From Chrysomallon squamiferum (taxonomy: Eukaryota > Animalia > Mollusca), in contig CM022675.1 in assembly GCA_012295275.1 (NCBI GenBank), positions 8,060,001-8,124,000 on the forward strand: a DNA stretch of 64,000 bases, in the 5' to 3' direction. The notes under the pieces were generated by a model, which did no database searches, was not told where the DNA came from, and saw only the letters and a list, made by a program, of their open reading frames with translations. Shown here one piece after another: positions 59,686-64,000 of the stretch (the stretch's first letter is position 1; each line of letters begins with the position of its first letter). Made by a program: the position numbers and the translations under genes.

Positions 59686-62256
59686 GTCTCTTTATTTTCT
59701 TAATATATTCTATCATATCATTACATTGCATTATTATTATTTCATGATTTTTTGCTTTATCCTCATTATTGTCTTAATTGTTATCTTTCTTTCTTCTTCT
59801 TGTTCTTTTGTTTCTTCTTCTTCTTCTAAATGACAGTCACTAATTTTTGTTAAAAGATAAATATTCAGAGTTTAATTTAATTTAATATTATTTAATTTAA
59901 TTTAATTTAATTTATTATCTGAGTTGCACATCATATGATATTGCTATTATCAATTAAATTTAATGTTATTATAATTGTATTTTAGATGAAATACAGGGAA
60001 AAAATTCTTCAGTCAAAGGTATCCATATATTTATAAATTATTATTGTTATTTTTATATGGTAGAAGCAGTAGTAGTAGCAGTAATAATATAGCAGCAGCA
60101 GTAGTAGTAATAGCAACAGCAGAGATAGCATCTTCATTTTAATAGCTATAGTAGTAATAGTGTTTGCAGTTGTACTATGAACAGTAGTAGTAGTAGTTGC
60201 AGCAGTAGTAGTAGCAGCAGCAGCAGCAGTAGTAGCAGCAGCAGTAGTAGTAGTAGCAGTAGTAGTAGTAGCAACAGTAGTAGTAGTAACAGCAGCATTA
60301 ATAGCAGTAGTAGTAATAGTAGTAATAGAAGTAGTAGTAATAGTAATAACAGCAGTAGAGTAATAGTAGTAGAAGCAGCAGTAGTAGTAATGGTAGTAAT
60401 AGTAGTACTACTAGTAGTAGTAGTAGTTGTGGTAGAGGCAGTAGTAGTAATAGTAGTAGCAGCAGTAGTAGAGTAATAGTAGTAGAAGCAGCAGTAGTAG
60501 TAATGGTAGTAATAGTAGTACTACTACTAGTAGTAGTAGTTGTAGTAGAGGCAGTAGTAGTAGCAAAGCAGTTTCGTTTAATACAGTTGATGTTTGAACT
60601 ATTTTTCAGTGTGCAGAGCGACTCTCCCACCTCGACATGGAAACGTAAACTGTGAAACTAATCAAACGAGTCTGTAAGCATTTAAAACATACTGATATTC
60701 TAGAAAGGAAACCCGCGTGTACTTTACCTCTGATTTTATTTTTTGTCTTGATTTATGTTCTAAGCTCTAATCTTGCGCTTTTTAATTTAATTTAAATACT
60801 CAAAACTTTTTTTATATGGCGGAATATGCAGTTGTTATATATATTGTATTTTGATATACTAGATATGAAACCAAACGTAATCAGGTGTCTGAAGAGTATT
60901 AGCCGGTATATTTAGCTGCTAACAGAGCTAAAAGTGGCATAGTGATATTTAAAAGCGAATGACGCTTCTACAATTAACGTCATGTGACCTGTTTGTTTTC
61001 TAGAGGAGAAACCAGCTCATATTTTATTATCTACAATGAAATGGAGATTCGTTTAAAAGTACAGAAATATCACATTCGCGTACATAATTTTTTTGTCTGT
61101 TTGATTGTATACTACTGTTTTTTAATTTTTAAAATATATTTTTTTTATATATTTTTTTTAGAATCTGTTCGTCTGTTTGTCAGTCTGGGTTTGTGTTCAG
61201 CAACAAAGAACCTGTAATTCAAACCGTTTGTGACGAAACAACAGGGAAGATTACCCCAAACTCTGAAACCCCCCTCTGTATAGGTAATAATTAAGTCTTG
61301 TAAAGTATAGACTCATAAATATAAAAGGAAAAAAATCCGGTTTAAGACAAATTAAATATAATAAGTGTGTGTCTGAGTTAATATATGTATGTGTACATGT
61401 GCGTACATGTGTGTATGAGTACGTACGCAAGAGTGTGTATGACTGGATGTGTATGTATGTGTGCATATGTGCTCGTAAATGTTTATGTGTGTATATGCTG
61501 GCATGTAATTAGTACGTGTATGTGTTTGTTCGTGTGTGTGTGTGTGTATGTATGTATGCATGGTTTAATGTGTGTATGTATGGATGCATATGTATGTGTG
61601 TGCGTGTATGTATAGAACATAAAGATATTTTTAAACAGTTAAAGGGAATTAATATTTTTTTATTGTTCGTTTGTCTCTTGGAGTTTTAATTTAGTTTAAT
61701 TTTACTTTATTTTTATTTATTTTTTCCATACAAATTTTAATTAACGTTTTTTTCTTCTTTTTTTTCTTCCAGAAAAAGGCAGCTCTATCACTCATCTTGT
61801 CAACACGAGTAAGTCTTTTAACTTTTTGCTTAAATAAATGAAAAAATGAATGAATGAATAAATAAATAAATAAATAAACAAACAAACACAAATTATTTAA
61901 ATTCAATAGACTGAAATGTCTGCAAATAATATTACCTAGTCGAATATAACATAAACTGTATTGCATAAGATACAACTGAGTAAATATATTGTTTTATTCA
62001 TTTATTGTTTTGTTTTCTACTTCTGTTTACTTGTTTACTCCTAGCTGGCCGCTGTATTTACGAAGACGACGACTGCAGCCACGTGAAGAACGGTGATTTC
62101 CACTACTGTAAGAGCTGTCATTACTTCGCGTCGTGCTCGGAGCAATACCTCTACATCAGACCGTGCCCGACGAACCTCAAGTACGACTCGAACAAACAGC
62201 GGTGTGAATACAAGTCAACATCGTGTAGCGCGACAAGAGCTGAGAAATTCAGATGA
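57070..62256 (+). CDS. Secreted mosaic protein: signal peptide - Sushi/CCP - F5/8 type C (discoidin) - Sushi/CCP - CBM14 chitin-binding domain (~383 aa, up to 11 coding exons)
   Basis: join(57070-57106, 57730-57826, 58196-58317, 58683-58819, 58995-59138, 59459-59606, 59986-60018, 60610-60673, 61162-61283, 61773-61808, 62045-62256) = 1152 nt; all introns GT-AG and phase-compatible, no internal stop. Domains recognised by eye from consensus motifs, not by HMM search. Confidence 0.88.
57730..57826 (+). CDS. Mosaic protein exon 2: end of signal peptide and first half of Sushi 1 (MVISETTSSPRCPPLSPPDKGVIQCQYSAKD(L))
   Basis: TTTGTCAAG acceptor; CPPLxPPxxG CCP start motif; TT|GTAAGT donor, phase 2. 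Confidence 0.88.
58196..58317 (+). CDS. Mosaic protein exon 3: second half of Sushi 1 (VCRATCQSGYKFETGVRIVIRVCKENTELWDFGEPLPSCV)
   Basis: C-x-x-G-Y...C...W...P-x-C CCP motif; TGTAG acceptor, G|GTGAGA donor; read in a different frame from ORF 57976..58371. Confidence 0.9.
58683..58819 (+). CDS. Mosaic protein exon 4: N-terminal part of F5/8 type C domain (DMTNITMTSSS...NCWRSATDDVSQYIQ)
   Basis: Matches the discoidin start (IT-x-SS...W...D-x-x-Q-Y-I-Q); CCAG acceptor, CAG|GTAAAA donor. Confidence 0.88.
58995..59138 (+). CDS. Mosaic protein exon 5: middle of F5/8 type C domain (IDFDKPHRLVGVMTKG...YVMLYRVLFSMDGITWYPY...EK)
   Basis: Matches VDL...GVxTQG...YV..Y.V.YSxDG..W..Y consensus; poly-T/ACAG acceptor, AAG|GTAATT donor; 144 nt, phase 0-0. 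Confidence 0.92.
59459..59606 (+). CDS. Mosaic protein exon 6: C-terminal part of F5/8 type C domain (FFRGNSD...VAKHVRINPLMWLNHISFRVNLLGC)
   Basis: Matches FxGNxD...ARYVRIxPxxW...IxLRxELxGC consensus; within ORF 59438..59833; TTTCAG acceptor, CAG|GTAC donor, phase 1. Confidence 0.92.
59986..60018 (+). CDS. Putative 33-nt linker microexon ((D)EIQGKNSSVK)
   Basis: TATTTTAG acceptor and AAG|GTATCC donor; phase 1-1, frame-preserving, no stop; not required for the ORF. Confidence 0.5.
60354..60565. repeat. ~113-bp tandem duplication within a degenerate (TAG/CAG)n tract
   Basis: agtagagtaatagtagtagaagcagcagtagtagtaatggtagtaatagtagtactact...tagaggcagtagtagta occurs twice. Confidence 0.7.
60610..60673 (+). 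CDS. Mosaic protein exon: first half of Sushi 2 ((V)CRATLPPRHGNVNCETNQTS(L))
   Basis: TTTTTCAG acceptor; C-x4-PPxHG-x-V-x-C motif; CT|GTAAGC donor, phase 1-2, mirroring exon 2. Confidence 0.85.
61162..61283 (+). CDS. Mosaic protein exon: second half of Sushi 2 (ICSSVCQSGFVFSNKEPVIQTVCDETTGKITPNSETPLCI)
   Basis: Same length (122 nt), phases (2-1) and Cys spacing as exon 58196-58317; TTTTTAG acceptor, TAG|GTAATA donor. Confidence 0.87.
61773..61808 (+). CDS. Putative 36-nt linker microexon ((E)KGSSITHLVNT)
   Basis: Very strong pyrimidine tract + CAG acceptor and A|GTAAGT donor; phase 1-1, frame-preserving. Confidence 0.7.
62045..62256 (+). CDS. Mosaic protein last exon: CBM14/peritrophin-A-like chitin-binding domain
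   Basis: CSHVKNGDF...CHYFASC...CPTNLKYDSNKQRCEY...C fits the ChtBD2 pattern (C...G...C..F..C......CP.GL.F.....C....C); CCTAG acceptor; TGA at 62254-62256. Confidence 0.9.
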
Positions 62257-62297
62257 CATGTTTGAAAGTGGACTGCGATTTCAGTTCATGTGATGTT

Positions 62298-62303
62298 AAT
62301 AAA
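62298..62303 (+). promoter_or_regulatory. Candidate polyadenylation signal AATAAA
   Basis: First AATAAA, about 40 nt after the stop codon of the mosaic gene; the motif is common by chance in AT-rich DNA. Confidence 0.4.
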
Positions 62304-62764
62304 ATGCCAGAATTTAATCGTTTTGTAGGCCAGAAGATTGATTAATTTCATATTTTTAAAATGAGAACATTTACAGATAACTAGATGTGCGTAAAATAAT
62401 GCCCAAATTTAATGTTTTATAATCAGCGATTTTAAATTATTTTCATGTTTCATAATTTTGCATTTAATTTGATGCCGATTTTGAGCTAATTGGATGACTT
62501 AAAGTACCCAAATTCCGTACCTTACATACCCCGTATTTTATTTATTTGGAAGTTTTAAAATGAACCAATTTAAAATAACTTTATTTATTAGAATGTTTTG
62601 TTTTTCACTCAGTTAAACGAATATAACATCATGTCTCATAGATTCTGAATATTAGTTATGTAGAAAAACGAAATAAATATTTTCAAATATCTTATCTATG
62701 TTTCGAATTTTTCTTCTTATTATTTATGTAAGTTTATATGATTAGTGTGATAATAGTAGTAGTA

Positions 62765-62809
<45 letters not shown>

Positions 62810-62861
62810 GCAATAATAGCAATAACAATAATAATAATAATAACAATAATAATAATAGTTT

Positions 62862-62893
<32 letters not shown>

Positions 62894-62937
62894 TATAACA
62901 TATAACTTTCTCTCCTTATTTTGTTCTCTCTTTCTCG

Positions 62938-63132
<195 letters not shown>

Positions 63133-63941
63133 TGTCTCTTCACCTCCCTCGCTTCCTTCTTCTCTTATTATTTCGCCCTCTCGTATCTTTTCACAATCGG
63201 CTCTGCCTGTCCTTTCCACATTTTGTATTTCACACAGTCACTCATTCACTGAGTGGCTTTAAAACAAATAACTGTTTAATCAGATCGAGTCACAACACTT
63301 GTTACTATTTCCAACCCCTGTCAACACGACACATGTCAGAGGAATAAAAAAAAAAAAACAACAACAACAACATCATCATCGATCCCGTGATATCGAACAT
63401 TTACGACTTTCGTAAACACTTGAGCCTGTTTTAGTCCAGCACCCAGTTACGAGTGTCTCTTTACGCCAACTTTTTTACGACATAGTAAATTTATTAGTAG
63501 CCTGTTTCAGTTTTGTCGGTACCAAGACTCGAACAAATGCGTTATAAAACAATTAACAGTCCAAATATATATGAGACGGGTTGTTGGGTTAAATTTACGA
63601 TTTCGTTCCGACTACAGTAAAAAAAAAAAAAAAAATTCATGAATGCATTAATAAAAGTCATTTGGTCGTGTAACATGGAGCTGTTAAAATATATTTTTGT
63701 CGTAATTTTACATTTAATTTTATAATGTTCAAAAGATTTTTATTTTATATCGTGTTAATTCTCGTGCTGAACTGAAGATAACAGAGAGAACACCGTGTTT
63801 CACACGTAAGTTAAACTAATTTTAATTTTAAATAAATTCGCGGAGTACTATTTGAATACCAGTATTGAAGTTATTTTTGTTTTGCTTGATTTCGAAAGAC
63901 TGAGAGCGAGAGAGAGAGGCGGAGAGAGGGAGGGAGGAAGG

Positions 63942-64000
<59 letters not shown>

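Noticed and set aside
62005-62044. Apparent signal peptide on the 83-aa chitin-binding ORF (single-exon small secreted protein)
   Set aside because: It starts at TTG and is the translated polypyrimidine tract of the acceptor at 62043-62044.

Overview
AT-rich, microsatellite-dense eukaryotic genomic DNA with GT-AG introns. It is probably from a lophotrochozoan/mollusc, which is an inference from the peptide motifs and repeat style. Almost all ORFs in the supplied track are translations of simple repeats. Two spliced genes, arranged head-to-head, could be rebuilt by hand. (1) Minus strand, CDS join(31350..31267, 27246..26484, 25064..25006): a 301-aa tachykinin-related neuropeptide precursor with a signal peptide and 14 predicted amidated peptides (11x NTYGFMGSRamide, GYGFVGSRamide, ASKVGFHGLRamide and an atypical LGSIGSRamide). 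The 11 copies are encoded by a 36-bp tandem array that varies only at synonymous sites. (2) Plus strand, 57070..62256, up to 11 coding exons: a ~383-aa secreted mosaic protein (signal peptide - Sushi/CCP - F5/8 type C discoidin - Sushi/CCP - CBM14 chitin-binding domain) with phase-1 introns at the module boundaries; the ORF track shows only fragments of it. Also present: a 52-bp-arm inverted repeat with two CRE palindromes in a tachykinin intron, two copies of a dispersed element with an internal 11-bp minisatellite, several tandem repeats, and CpG-richer unique islands with orphan splice donors. No rRNA, tRNA, CRISPR array or intact transposon ORF could be supported.
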